Shown here piece by piece: positions 23,961 to 37,319 of a stretch of DNA of 64,000 bases. This DNA is from Chiloscyllium plagiosum (taxonomy: Eukaryota). The stretch lies in assembly GCF_004010195.1 (NCBI RefSeq), contig NC_057713.1, forward strand, positions 21,143,935-21,207,934, in the 5' to 3' direction. The notes beneath the pieces were generated by a model that had not been told where the DNA came from, ran no database searches, and worked only from the letters and a program-made list of their open reading frames with translations. The position numbers and the translations under genes are program-made. Every line of letters begins with the position of its first letter. The stretch's first letter is position 1.

Positions 23961-25299
23961 TTACTGTAGATAGTAATCTTGGCCATTCATCATTGTTTTG
24001 TACAGCTTCTTTTGAAATCCCATCAAAAAACTTCAGCCACTTCATATTTCATTTCCTTTTTTATAGTCCATTTGATTGGATCTCAAATACTAGAATATCT
24101 TTGTCTAAACTGCATCCAAATAATTATCAATCTAATCCAATTCTGAGCAAAGCCATAGCAAACAATCTCTGAAGGTTTGATGCATACTGACAGTTTTAAG
24201 GTTAAATTCTTCATTCTACTTGCACGTAATGTCATGAAATATTCAGGCTATTCACAAGAATAATTCAAATAGAGTTGCACCTCCTTAAGCTAAGGATTCA
24301 AGTTTGAATTTTTATCTCCAGAAATGTCATGTTATAATAAAATGGTAAGGAGCTAATATCCTAAAGAAAAGCAATTATTTATATATCGAGATGTGAAGGA
24401 AGGAGTCTGACCATCAGTACGCCATTCAAATATCAAACCTTTCGTGAGAATTTTGATTATCTTCAATGACCTTTTGATATTTCCTGTGGTGAAAAGTGAT
24501 AGTTAACAGAAACATTACTTAGTCTGACAGTGATGATGGTCTTGAATTAACATCAGTCGGTAAATCTGAAAAATTGAAAAAATTGCAGTCTCAACAAACC
24601 ATTTATATTGCAAAACTACTTCAAGTGAAACAGTGGTACAGCTCACTGACCTACTCAGTATGTGGAACAAAAAAATTGCATTTAATGTTTCACATGACCA
24701 CTAGACTCTGACTATGACTCTATGTGCTTTACAGCTGCAAAAAAAACTTACTAATGATCTGTAGTACTGTTTTAATGCACAATAGTTACATTGCAGCAAA
24801 GAACACACCTTTCCCACTTATTGACCAAAATTGAGGTAAAAAATTCATAAAAGCCATAGATTGGACAAAATCCCAAGGAAAGTGAACCCACTACCAACAA
24901 TGTCAATCAGAAAAACTCAAAGATGCAGGTCCAGATTGACAATTCAATATTTTTTGAGATTGGCCTATCCAGGAATACAGTGTGAAAAGCAGGTTTGCGA
25001 TTTGTGTGGGTGGAGCAAGCATTTCAGGAAGTCTGTGGCTGTAAATTGTGATGGTGGTGACCAGTAATAGTGGGGCCTTAGGCAGAGGGAGAAGTTGAAC
25101 ACAAACTCTGAAAGCTATCTTCTTCTCCTATGGCATCTTAAAAATCATGGTGGAGAAACTCAACTCATGGCAATCTACTTTGCACCTCAGATGTCCTGTT
25201 GGTGGCTAATTCTACCAGATGCTGTATTCAAATGCTTTTCTAAGTTCATAGGGGACCTGTGAAGGGCATTGATCCAACAATTCAAAATATTGCATGCTT

Positions 25300-25575
25300 G
25301 GAGTCATAGTGTCATGTAGCATAGAAACAAATCATTCGCTCCAACCCATCCATTTCCAAATCCCACTTGCTTGTGTTTGGCCCGTATCTCTCTAAACCTC
25401 TCTTATTCATGCACCGATCCAAATGTCTTTCGGGATTTGGGCATCACTGGTTGAGTAAGCCATTTATTGCTCATCCCTAGTCACCCTTGAGGCAGGGTTG
25501 GTGAGCTACCTTCTTGAATTGCTGTAGTCTTTTAGGTGTAGCTATACCCACAATGCCATTAGGAAGAGTTCCACA
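25300..25575 (-). mobile_element. CR1 tail fragment (25300-25430) adjacent to a LINE B tail fragment (25435-25575)
   Basis: gagtcatagtgtcat tail repeat, then gcatcactgg..catttattgctcatccctag. Confidence 0.7.
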
Positions 25576-27427
25576 CCAGTGGTCATGTGCATCTTAAGTA
25601 TCAGTCTTTAAAGATTCACTGCAGAGCTTTTAGCCAAATATCACACAAAGGGTTTTAAAAGCTATTGATTCTGATTTAATGATGTGTGGATGGGTTTTGA
25701 GTGGTAAAAATGAAGTCCACTTTTAGTTGGAACTGGAGGAGCTGGAGTCCTCTTCCTACCTCCTTTGGAATTTGACTCTTCCTGATATAGTACTTGACCA
25801 TGGGCCAGATTGGCAAGACAGCTGTCAGAAATTCATCAGGTCGCAGTTGGTAAGTCATATTGGGACTCTTGTTTAAGGGTACATGGCTCTCTGTTTCTGT
25901 TCAAACGAGACCTGATGCCAAAACAAGGTGAGGACGGTTCACTGAGAAATCATTCTGTCTGGGCACAACTCACAACATTAACTCCACACAATTACTTAAT
26001 CATGGCACCATCAATGTCAATATAGCCCCCAATGTCCTTTTTAATGTAAAGAAACATCAAAGGTGCATGTTTAATTCAGATGCTACACATGTTCTGGCTG
26101 GAGAATCCATTAGATCACTGATCAGCCACAGAGAGGAAAGACCTGACATAATCAGGCATGGTTAATCCTGAAATCTCACTTTCCTGAACTTAATCAGGGA
26201 TTCACTCACTCTGTTACTGTTGATCACAAGGTGAATTTTAAGGCAAGAAGAAATTTGAGTTGGAGAGAAATTTTCGGGTGGAACATCCTTCTTCAAAGCT
26301 TTGTGAGCTACTGTGTTTCCTGTACCACCTAGGTCCATGCCATTTTCCTGTTTGTTGGCAGCAACTATGTTCCTTGCCCAGAAGTGGTAAATTGAATTTT
26401 TCAAAAAGCCTATTAAGACGTCTTTTCAAAGGCCTGAGTGAATCTTACAACCTTCCCACCCCACCCTCACCAACAAGGCATCATGGGCAAGGACAATTTT
26501 CTGCCTCATAATTCAAAACTTCCTGAAAATACTTTGGTTCAAACAATTGCTTTCATTCAGCACCAATTTGCAAACAAAAGTTTAGAATAGTTTATGCAAC
26601 TATTACTTTGTTTAATTTTTGATGGTTGACTTTTACCTAAAACTTTCTGGAGACTTTTATATAAAATAAAGATGTTTGTATAAAATAAAGAATGCAGGTG
26701 AAAGAAAATGTAAAGATATATTATATCAAATTCAATTTATTTGATTCTTATCCACCGAATGTCATAGCTTTAGATGAGCAGTACTAGACTGAACTTCAGA
26801 AGAACCAAACTCAATTAGTTGATAAGTTTCCCAGTGTGCTTCACTACTCTATAAATCTACAATTATATTCGGAGTGTTTATACTACAGTCTATAAAAGTG
26901 AAATTTCATTGGTCAATTAAACTCGAGGCAGGACGATGTCTATCCATGTCAGGGTGTGGGGGATGGGAAAGGTGGTGTGGTTGGGTCAGCATGTAGAGGT
27001 TTCAGATTAGAGGAGAAACAGGTGAGAGATGGGAGATGGATCATTGTCTAGAAAAGTCAGTTGTGGGAGAAGGGTTGGGGTCAGAGGATGGTGGGTGGGT
27101 GTTGGGTCCATAGGTGTCAGGCACTGGGATAGTGGGGCTGGGGAATAGCTTGAGGAGATGTTTGTGGTGAATTGGGAGTTCAGTTTAATAGTTACCGAAG
27201 AACTAGACTAGATTTGAAATCCTAACATTTTCTGGGTAACTATTAAGCTGAAGTGAATCAGAATACTCCAAATTCCCTAGATTTAAGAGATTTTTTTTTC
27301 ACAGCATTCCAGATAACAGAAATTGCTAATTGGAATTTTTACTTTCTGGGCAACTCCCTTGTAGTTAGCCAAGTCACAATTTCCACAAAGACCTGATATG
27401 CAACTCCAGTCTACCCTACCACAATGA

Positions 27428-27652
27428 TCTACGAGAAAGTGAGGACTGCAGATGCTGGAGACCAGAGTCGAGAGTGTGTTGCTGGGAAAGCACACCAGGT
27501 CAAGCAGCATCCAGAGAGCAGGAGAATCAATGGTTCAGGCATAAGCCCTTCCTGATGAATTCCTGATGAAGGGCTTTTGCCCAAAATGTCGATTCTCCTG
27601 CTCCTCAGATGCTGCTTGACTTGCTGTGCTTTCCGAGCATCACACTCTCGAC
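27428..27652. mobile_element. P1 Penelope-terminus element, long palindrome with hammerhead core and TSD
   Basis: Inverted arms around ~27555. Core ctgatga-a-gggc-tttt-gccc-aaaat-gtc at 27563-27590 (CpG-decayed GAAAC). TSD ccc[t/a]accacaatga at 27414-27427 / 27653-27666. Confidence 0.9.
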
Positions 27653-27786
27653 CCCAACCACAATGAACACCTGCCTCTGCAGAAGTTAAAAACATGCTCT
27701 GATAGGAGGAAAAGGTCAAGAGAAAGTTAAAGCCAACAAGATCCTATAAATGTTAGTGGATGAGGAGAATGGGAAAAGAACTTGAG

Positions 27787-27995
27787 AGTTGGTTGGTTCA
27801 GTTCACTGGATGACCGGGTTTTTATCATGTTGAGTGACATCAACGTTAGCTGAGGTCGCTATCAAGGTCCTGCCTTCTCAACCATGCCCCTCATCTGAGG
27901 TGTGGTGACTCTCACGTTAAACCCACCATGAGTTATCTCTCTCATGAGAGAGCAATCTATGATCCTTGGGAACTATGGTGACTTTCACTTCACTT
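27787..27995 (+). mobile_element. Short SINE 'family C'
   Basis: tRNA-like start, homologous to 21960-22128 (reverse), tail ttcacttcactt. Confidence 0.65.
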
Positions 27996-28136
27996 CTAAA
28001 TCTCTTGGCCAGTGGAATAGGAAGCGTTAGAATAAAAAAATAAGTATTACCTTGATCAAGGTAATAGTTGCATATAGCAAGCAATAAACTCTTGCTATTA
28101 GATCTTTATCCTCACTTGTAATGATGAGTTTGCAGA

Positions 28137-28177
28137 TCCCATGTGTAAGTTAGGTCCCATGTGTAAGTTAGGTCCCA
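28137..28177. repeat. Perfect 18-bp tandem duplication
   Basis: (tcccatgtgtaagttagg)x2 + tccca. Confidence 0.95.
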
Positions 28178-29089
28178 GTTTACTCTGCCCGCAACCATTT
28201 GTTTCTGGTGCAGCCTGTTTGCTGAGAGACATATTGCGAAATGTGTTAGCTTTCTTAATTCCTCACACTGACCATTATGCACTACTTATTGCTATTACTG
28301 GGAATGTTTGTTTTGCAAAAAAAAAAGCCAAAAGGCAGGGTAATCAAAGTTTCATGTCAGTTAATGTTTAAAGAGGCAAGCCATTCATGCAAAGCGCAGA
28401 GAGGAATAATGCTTCACTTATCTGCTAGCTGCAGCCCCAGGCAACTCAATTGCAAGTGGTCCCAGTGCGAAAAAGCCTACCCACCCAGGCACTTTAAAAT
28501 AGGGATTAAAGCAGGAAAAGATGTTTAAAAGATGGCAGGTCAGATTCGCTGTTTTCTGCAGTTGCCCCTGATTAACGTTTTAGTCCCGCTCTATCATTTT
28601 TCCACAGGACTTAGCGATAAAGCCAATTTACATAGAGGACATGCTCAACAACTTCAACTAATCCTTCCTATGTACAATTCATAAATAATCATTTATTTTT
28701 TCTGAGTTTTGCATGTTAATTGATGGAAATTTCTGCATGTAGCAAGTTCAGATGAAACTATAAAGAAAGAAAAAGAGATGAAAAGCAAAATGTTTTGTAA
28801 CCCATGCTTGATAACTGCAAGGCTGCTTTCAGAATTAGTGACTGTGCTGCATGCTATTCTGTATCTGCTCCAACATGAAGTTAAAAACACAATTTTATTA
28901 TTCTGTGATATCTTCTAACAACTCACTGCCGTGAGCAAATATTTTCATTGCTTGAATTAAAATCTGAATACATTTTTATGCCTGGAGAATATTATCCAGT
29001 TTGAAATGCACTTGCTTGTGGAACTATATGGGTGACAAAATTATCTCCGCTTTCACAAAAGAGAATTTTCAAGCCTTGCTTGATATCTT

Positions 29090-29900
29090 TGCAGAAGCTT
29101 TCTGAAGAATTTGTCCCAGCCTCAATCTCAAGAAGACACAAATCCTTTACCAACCTGTCCCAGGTCAAGTTCCAGTCCATCCCGCCTTTAGGATTGATGG
29201 AGAAAGCCTTCTAAACATGGAATATTTCCCCTTCCTGGGAAGCTACTTCTTATCGAAGGCTGAATCGATGCGGAGATTCAACATCACATCCAATCTGTGA
29301 GCGCGGCCTTGCAATTCTAAGGATGAGAGTCTGATGGCTGTGACATTATTTTGATACAAAAATACTTTTGTATAAGGTAGTCATTCTTTCATTTCTTCTA
29401 TATGCCTGCAAAACATGGAGCATGTGTAGATGCAACCTCAAGACATTTGAGAAGCACCATCAATTTTGTTTGAGATGGATTCTCCGCATGAGCTGGGAGG
29501 TGTCCCTGAAGCAGCTATTAGCACCGGTGTTGAGGCCATGATCATCTGAAACTAAGTCTGTTGGGCCAGCCATGTGCTTCAAATGCCTGAGTTCTGACTG
29601 CCAAAGCAAATCATCCTCACCCAGCTCAAGGAAGGCACTAGAATGAGAGGAGGATATAGGAAGTATTTTAAAGACTCCTTGAAGATTTCCCTTAAGAAAC
29701 GCAACATAGATGTGGGGAACATAACTTGTCAGGATCACCCGTCAGCAAGAGGAAATATGGAAAAGACACAGGAAGAAGGAATGCCAATTATCTCAAGGCT
29801 AAGGTCCAATTCTACTCCTTGGAAACAGAAACAAAATGTATGGTCAATGATGCAGTTTAGGATCAGGTTTATGAGTCACACAAGGATACAGGGGCACAGA
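29090..29900 (+). mobile_element. RTE-clade LINE, decayed RT C-terminal region
   Basis: SLNLKKTQILYQP..IDGESLLNMEYFPFLGS..IDAEIQHHIQSVSAA; DTKILLYKVVILSFLLYACKTW..LKTFEKHHQFCLRWIL; RGGYRKYFKDSLK. Confidence 0.85.
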
Positions 29901-30134
29901 ATTTCCTGGGTGGGCAATCATACTCATTAATGAGTGATGTCAACAATATAGTAGAACGAGGTCAAATAAAATTTTAGTTTGATTTGAGATGCTTCAATAT
30001 GGAACTGAACACAAGGATCAGAAGGTCACAAGTCGACTTGCAGTCTATACAATATGATATTTTCCCAGAGGAACACTCCTGGTGCCTTGACGTTTTGTCC
30101 ACTGATTGCCTCAGGGATGCATGAAAGAAGGCTA

Positions 30135-30590
30135 TAATTAGAATCAGGGATGACTTTAATTTACATATAGATTGGACAACCAAACTAGCAGTGGTATTCT
30201 GGAGTCAGATTTCCTTGATTGTGGGTGACCTTTTTAGAACAATACACAAAAGTACCAACCAGAGAACAGAGAACTATTCTAGATGAAGCAATGTGCAATG
30301 AGAAAGAATTAATGAACAACCTTGTTGTGCAAAATCTTTTGGGGAACAACCATAATATGATAGAATTCTTCATTAAGATAAAGAGTTATTAGTTAGATCA
30401 AGATCTGAGGTCCTGAATCTAAATGAAGAGAACTATGAAGATATGAGCACAAATTGGCTAGGATATACTGGGGAACCATACAAAAGGGCTGGTGATGGAT
30501 AGGCAATGCTTTCGATTGAAAGAACATCGACACAAACTACAACAATTCTGTCTGGAGGAAAAATAAAAGAGGAAAGGTGGCTCAACTATT
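30135..30590 (+). mobile_element. CR1 ORF2 AP-endonuclease fragment
   Basis: (G)DFNLHIDW..FLEQY...PTREQ..ILD...CNEKELMNNL..GNNHNMIEF, i.e. decayed GDFN and SDH motifs. Confidence 0.8.
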
Positions 30591-31892
30591 GTCTTACCAA
30601 GTCCCTGTATAACTGAAATATTACCTCTCTAATGCAAATCTGTTTTCACCACATCTTTTTCACTTCTCCATTCTAAACATGGGATTGTTACTGGTTCTAC
30701 CAACCCCTGGGCCCATTTCTCATCAACTGCATTTGATCAAATTAGGATTATCTTCATGAACAGCTGTTAAAGGATGAATGAAATATTTTTATGTTTGTTT
30801 CATGCCCTATGTTCTAAAACATCAAATTACAGCAGGGGTTCCATGCCTACGGCAAGTCACAATTTTATAATGTGCAAATACATTTCTGTAACCACCCTGC
30901 AGGCACTGTCATTTGCAGTTACAAATTACCAAAGCTACCCGGTGCACATGTCAGCAAAGATAATTCTCTTCATAAAGAAAGACTTTGTGTGGAAGTTTCC
31001 TGCATGCAGTCAGAATCTTAGTGTCACCACTCTGCCATACCTCAGAGCAAAGATTTACATGCCATCTTCCACTTTTAACCTCATTAATTATGCAAGCAAA
31101 ATGTTGGACGCTTCTTAAGGAATCTATTGGTGAGCAAGACAGAAGTGCTTGCCATTAGCCAGACTTTTGAGTTTTCTCCTTGTACAAGGTCTAAGATGAA
31201 CATTTCATACCACTGATGATGCTAAAAGCCAGGAATGATCCCATACCTTGTTGTGTTTTAACCTGATGATCAAGACAGTGATCTGGAGGTGTTGGTGGAT
31301 GGTGTGATGCAGAGAAGAGCTGACCTCTTTCCTCTGGACTGCTAGTTGAGGCCACACCACTGGGAACAACTAACTTGGGCAGAAGTTGCGATATGTGAGG
31401 GTGTTGTCTCCCACATGAAGAACACCTAAGGGTGCTACTAGAAGGTCAATAATTTTCTGTGCTCCACAGGGGTATGTGCCACCTTGTCTTTGACCCCACA
31501 CTCCAAGGGCAAGTTCTTAGTCTAACTCTGCCAGTGCACATACATCTCACCAAGGCTGATGGACTGCAACACTCAAAATCGCATGTATCATGTCCACTCA
31601 GTTCTCACCTACTACATCCTTCCAAAGCATTAACCCTTCCTGCTCACTCACCGGGGCACCTCATTACTGCTCTACCTCATTCATCATAACAACTGCTTTT
31701 CAATAATACTCAAACTCTCCCTTTGTCCCATTTTATGTAAAACTGGCCCACAACTAAGTGGAGAGGTCCATGACTAATGAAAATAGGCATCAGTCTTCTC
31801 ACTCCATATGATAAGAAATAGTGGAGTTAGCCAGAAAACACCTGGCTCATTCATATGTGAATGAGGCGACACCAATACTAATCAACGCAGTT

Positions 31893-33060
31893 ATAAATAT
31901 AAAACAGAAACAAATTGCTGGAGAAACTCAGCAGGTCTGACATAGAGAGAAGGCAGAGTCAATATTTTGAGTCCAGTGACCCTTCTTCAGAACTAATTAC
32001 AGCTAGGGAAAGATTGGTGTGTAAGCTGAAGATGGACTGGGGCAGTGGGGACAGTAAAGAAATGGAAATGGAGCCCAGAGAGAGAGAGAACAGCAATTGG
32101 ACAAAGTAATGAGTACAGTCTGACATTATCAATAGCTGCTAATGGGGACCGTTAGTATCTAACAATGGGGTGTATATGATAGCAACCCATGTGATGATAA
32201 GGCCTGGTGTGTGGGGGTGTTAGGGTAAGGACATAGGAGAAGGTGCCCACACCCTAAAATTATTGAACTCAATACTGTGTTCTGAAGTCTCAAGTGGAAG
32301 GTGAGATGCTGCTCTTTCCGCTTCACTGGAGCACTGCAGCAAACACAAGACAGATGTTGGCCAGGGAACATGGTGGTGTAACCAGAAACTCAGGTGTTCT
32401 CCACAGTGGTCACCCAATCTGAATTTCATCTCCCCACTGGAGAGGAGGACATATTGTGAGCAGCGAATGGAGTAGATTAGATTGAGTCAAGTGCAGGTAA
32501 ATCGCTGCTTCACCTGGCATATGTATCAGAGGCCTTGAATGGTGAGGAGGGGGAAAATAAATGGTTAGGTTTTATGACTTCTGCAGTTGCATGGGAAGGT
32601 GTCATGGAGGTGTGGGGTGGTATTTGGAGCATAGAAGGACTGGATCAGAGTGTCCCGGGGGAGTGATCACTGTAGAACTCTGACAGGGAGGAGAGGGGAC
32701 TATGTGTCTGATACTAGCTTGCTGTTGGAGGTGTTGGAAATGGTGGCTAATGATCCTTTTGGATATGGATGTTGATAGGATGGTAGGTGAGGACCAGAGG
32801 CACTTTATCAGCATTAAGGGCAGAAATAAAGGAAATGTGTTGGATTCCATCTATCGCTTACTCTTCCTCCCCTTCCTCCAGTCCCCCATCTTCAGCATAT
32901 GTACCAATCTATTCCCAGGTGCAATCAGTTCTGAACAAAGGTCACTGAACATGAAATGTTAACTCTCCTTTCTCTCCACAAATGCTGCCTGACCTGCTGA
33001 GTTTCTCAGCAATTTCTGTTTTTGCTTCAGATTCTCAGCATCCATGGGTCTTTGTTTTTA
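31893..33060 (-). mobile_element. Penelope-like element remnant: GIY-YIG region between inverted pLTRs
   Basis: Minus strand QVKQRFTCT..NLIYSIRCSQ..; KFRLGDHCGEHL; KRKEQHLTFHL. Terminal sequences 31893-31995 and ~32925-33060 are inverted homologs. Confidence 0.85.
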
Positions 33061-33061
33061 G

Positions 33062-33510
33062 GAATGTTGTGCTGTACTGCTCTCTCAGTCCAACTAGCTG
33101 ACTCAATTTGTATACAGTTCTGGGCATCACTTCATAGACAAGATGTGAGAAGCCATGGAGAGATCTCAGAAGTGATTTAGACAATAGACAATAGACAATA
33201 GGTGCAGGAGTAGGCCATTCTGCCCTTCGAGCCTGCACCACAAGAACGGTTCCAGGGATGAAACATTTCAGTTTTGAGGATAGTTTGAAGAAGTTGGGAC
33301 TATTGTCCTTTGAGAGAAGAAGACTAAGGGGAGATCAGAAAGAGGTTCTCAAAATCATGAGGGAGAATCTATGGTGGTGGCAGGCTAATTAATTTCAAAT
33401 GGGCATTGGATGATTAGTTGAATGTGCCAGGGTAAACAAACAGGAAGTTGACTCATTTAAAGAGCCTGTGCAGCCACAATGGGCTGAATGGCTTCCCCCT
33501 CCATGACTCA
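33062..33510 (+). mobile_element. CR1 3' fragment interrupted by a young CR1 tail (33178-33242, minus)
   Basis: Decayed CR1 ORF2 end. The insert is (agacaat)3-aggtgcaggagtaggccattctgcccttcgagcctgcacca. Confidence 0.75.
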
Positions 33511-35299
33511 TCATTCTTTTGCACAAGCTTTATCCATCTTCTCCAAGTAAGTTTTTCTCTTTTCATGCAGGCACTCATGACACTCAGTGAACCTCCGCAA
33601 AGAGAACAGTGCTGGAGATGCTGAGTTACAACTCCATCCCTGGGGAAGATGCCAGTGAAAGCCCACAAGAAGCACTGGCAAAGCTTTCACTTGCACCCTC
33701 TACCAGCTCAAGACTTTCACTTCAGTGAACTCTCTTTCTGAATCAGGTTAATGGACACAATCTGATGGGTATACCACTGACACGCCACTGCAGCTCGTTG
33801 AGGAAAGAATGCTTCAGGTTTCTGCAGAAGTCCAGTTGAAGGTGTGCCCCAAATGCTTGGCACAAATAACTTGCTCAACATGCAGAGGCATAGGAACATC
33901 ATGCAGATTTGTCAGTGGTAGTCAGTAAACTGGAACTAAGACTCATTGCTGTTGTAGCTCTGGCATACAAGCACCATGTTTCCATGGAAAGGATATTGGC
34001 TGCTTTGGGGAATCACATTAAGATCTATAAATGTAGGACCTCATTATTCACTGTATCTCCTTGGTGAATCCAGTCCTAATACTTCTCTCTTTGGAATCTG
34101 TACTTGCTGAAGTTGCTCCTATCGCTGTCTCCTTCTGCATTATCTTTGCCAAATCATCAAGGCCACAATGACTCCAGTGTACAATTTTAAATTTGCTATC
34201 TTCCACAATTCATCAAAGATGTGAGATCATGAACAGGTAATCTGGCAGGAATATCAGACAGATAACTCAATTGCATTAGAGAAACCCCTGAGCCCTCACA
34301 TCCACAACAATAAAGGATCATGTTATTCCCTTCCACAGGTTGCCATGGAAGTTTCCTAGGGAGGTAATAGTGATACTCAATAAGAGGCTCTGATGTATGT
34401 GACCCTTATCCAATTGTAAGGTGGACAACCAAGGTTTCATGCTGCATTTAGAATAGAATTTTGCTAGTTCGCTACCATGACAGCCCTCACAACTCCATAA
34501 TGTAAAGCTTTCCTTCCACATCAGAACCCATGTCCTTACATATTTAAAAGTTCAATATGAGAATTCGGCAGCTGTGAAATGTCAGCTATCAGAACTTGCT
34601 GTAGAATTCAGTTATCAAGTGGGAAATTCATGTTCCATTTTTAAGTTGCTTGTTCTCAAGAATATTGACACTTTGGCAACGAGGCAATTTGAGTGCACAC
34701 TGTAATGCTCATGGTTCCTGGAGGCCCTAATTTTAACTTTGTATTCTCGCACGATTAACAACCTGCCAATAAAATGCAGCATTATTTAATCAGTGAAGGA
34801 ATGATTATGGCAATGTGCCTAGGAGGACTTAACCCAAAATAAAGAAAGAGGTCAGGCAGAGATTTAGTTTACTAGTTAACAGGAGTTAAAGTAGGTTTTA
34901 GTCTGTTAACTTCTCTGGGGGAATGATAATTCTTGAGTGAGTCACAATCTTTAGAATTTTCTGACATCTGTGGGGTTTTTGGAAGGTCAGGGCATTTGCC
35001 CTTTGAAACTTTTTATTTCCCAGAAAATTAACTCAGAGTCAGCTGCTTTGCAATAATGCAGATCCCAAAGCATCTTCCAGACTACACTGCTCTAGTGACT
35101 ATCTGGCCATTAGAATACATGGGCCATTATTATAAAAAGCAATCTATTCATTAGACATTCCTTTATTCACTCTTTGTATGAAGGCTTGAACCCATTCAAA
35201 ATAAACAGCTACCTGGCCATTGATCCCCATGAAATTGTAATGTGGGCTGAACTAAAAAAGAGAATCTGACATTAACATCAGCTGAATCTAAACTGAAAC

Positions 35300-35425
35300 A
35301 AAGACCTTCAGATGTTGGAAATCTGAAACAAAAACAGAAATTTCTGGAGAAACTCAGCGGGTCTGGCAATGTCTGTGAGAGAAAACAGTATTAATGTTTT
35401 GAGTCCAGTGACCTTTCTTCAGAAT
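35300..35425 (-). mobile_element. Penelope-terminus element, subfamily P3
   Basis: Close homolog of 31893-31995; reverse strand ctgaaga-a-aggtc-actg-gactc-aaaac-att. Confidence 0.8.
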
Positions 35426-35923
35426 CGGTCAATTTAGCTGATTCTACTTCAATCAGAATATGGTACTTATTTTGTGAAGCTTTTGTTTATAATTTAAAAA
35501 AAACATATCTACAACTTACCTGTTTGGAAGCTCCTGGTTCCTTTTATGGGATTTTTCATTGAATAAAATCCAACGGCCAGGGGTTTAAATGTTAAAGAGT
35601 GAGAAGTCACTTAATTACTGCGCTGGAAAGGCTAAACTCGCTCTTTATTCTTGTAAAACTTGTTGACACTCTCATTTTTAATACAATGTAAGTGGGTATG
35701 TCTTGGAATATAATCAGGCCCTTATTGACGACCAGCAATTTTTTTTTATTTTTTTTGAGCTATACCTCACCAGAATGTGTCTTGCTGATGAAAAGAAAGA
35801 ACAGACATTTTGAAATAATCAGTCAAAACATTGGGTATTTTAAAGAAAATCCAAACAGGAGAAGATAGTGACCTTCTGATTACACTGCTGATGTATTGTT
35901 GGGATTCCAAACTATTGAAAATT

Positions 35924-36263
35924 GAATCCCTACAGTGTGGAAACAGCCCAACAAGTCCGCACCAACCCTCCGAAGAGCAACCCACCTAGACCCATTTCCT
36001 TACCCTATTGCTCTTCATTTACCCCTGACTAATGCACATAACTGATACATACCTGAATACTTGGGAAATTTAGCACAGCCAATTCACCTAACCTGCTCAT
36101 CTTTGGATTGTGGGAGGAAACCAGAGCACACAGAGGAAACACATGGAGGAAACACACGGAGAATGTGCAAACTCCACACAGACAGTTGCCTAAGGTTGGA
36201 ATTGAACCTGGACCCCTGGTGCTGTGCAGCAGCAATGCTCACCACTGAGCCACCATGCTGCCC
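35924..36263 (-). mobile_element. HE1-type V-SINE, full length
   Basis: Reverse-complement homolog of 15271-15588. Confidence 0.92.
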
Positions 36264-36287
36264 TAATTGATAACCATCCTAATAGGA

Positions 36288-37025
36288 GCAGGCAGTGGCA
36301 CAGCAGTAAAATCAATGGATTAAGGTTAATTCTCTGAGGGCAAGGGTTCAAATCTCACCACGGTAACATGGGGAATTTAAATTCAATTCTTAAAAAAATT
36401 GAGCATAAAACAAAACTTATCTAATGGTAACCATTTTTAATTGCTGGAAAATCCATCTGGCTTGTTAATATCCTTCAGTGAAGAAAATCTGCTATCCTTA
36501 CCTTGTCTGACTGTCATGTGAAGCCACAGCAATGTGTCTTACTCCTAAATGCTCTCTGAAATAGCAAGCCATTCAGTTGTATAAAACTGCTACAAAACAT
36601 AAAAGTGACTAAACTGAATGGATTACCTCACTTCAACCCAGGCAATGGAAATTAAATGGCCAATTCATGTCTGTCGACCCATTATCAATCAACATTAGTG
36701 GCTTTATGCCAAATTTGAGAGAGGTGTCCCATGGACTGGCGAAGCAACTGCCTGAATCATGCTTTACAAGCAATGTCCCAGATACTTCCACCACTATCCT
36801 GAGGTAATGTTATCCAAACAGATCCACTGTGGGGGGTAACACACGAGGAGTTTTCTCTGAAGTCTCATGGCATTAGAAACATGAACAAGAAATCCTTCTG
36901 CAGATATCTGGTCACTGCTACAATTTACCCTCCTATAGTTCATGAATCATTATGTCTTCATGTTGAACACTAATTGGAAGAAGCATTGAGGGTGGTGAGG
37001 ATACAGAATATAATTTGTATTAGGG
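36288..37025 (+). mobile_element. LINE family B 5' end: tRNA/SINE-like head running into AP-endonuclease coding sequence
   Basis: 36288-36560 is homologous to the SINE B head and body (B box ggttcaaatct). From ~36690: NISGFMPNLREVSHGLAKQLP..SNVPDTSTTI; ..HVEH*LEEALRVVRIQN, a decayed APE domain. Confidence 0.75.
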
Positions 37026-37319
37026 TGTTATATATTGTATATCCAGAACTCAAAACAAATTAGCTGAGAATCAACTGCACATGTAAATGTTCCTGTGGGA
37101 GCGCATGCACAGCTGCACCAAGTCTCCTACCCTCGCAGCATGGCAGTTGTAATAAAAAAAGAAAGCTCTGAAGTGTGATTCTTTCAAACACCTGAGAATC
37201 AAAGATAACCAGAAGACAAACAGAACACATAATATTGTTGCTCTGAAAGCCTCCAGATAACCTTCAATATTCACCAACAACAGCAGCTTGGTAGCATTCC
37301 TGGCTGATATCTAAAGGAT

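Larger units (their letters stand above)
31210..34020 (+). pseudogene. Decayed Harbinger-type Myb/SANT gene (copy B), interrupted by PLE and CR1 insertions
   Basis: DSDLEVLVDGVMQRRADLFP..WAEVA..KVNNFLCST then donor gtatgt (31472); next exon KLAHN*VERS (~31740); later EDASESPQEALAKLSLAPSTSS (~33645-33710) and VSMERILAAL (~33980). Confidence 0.7.
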
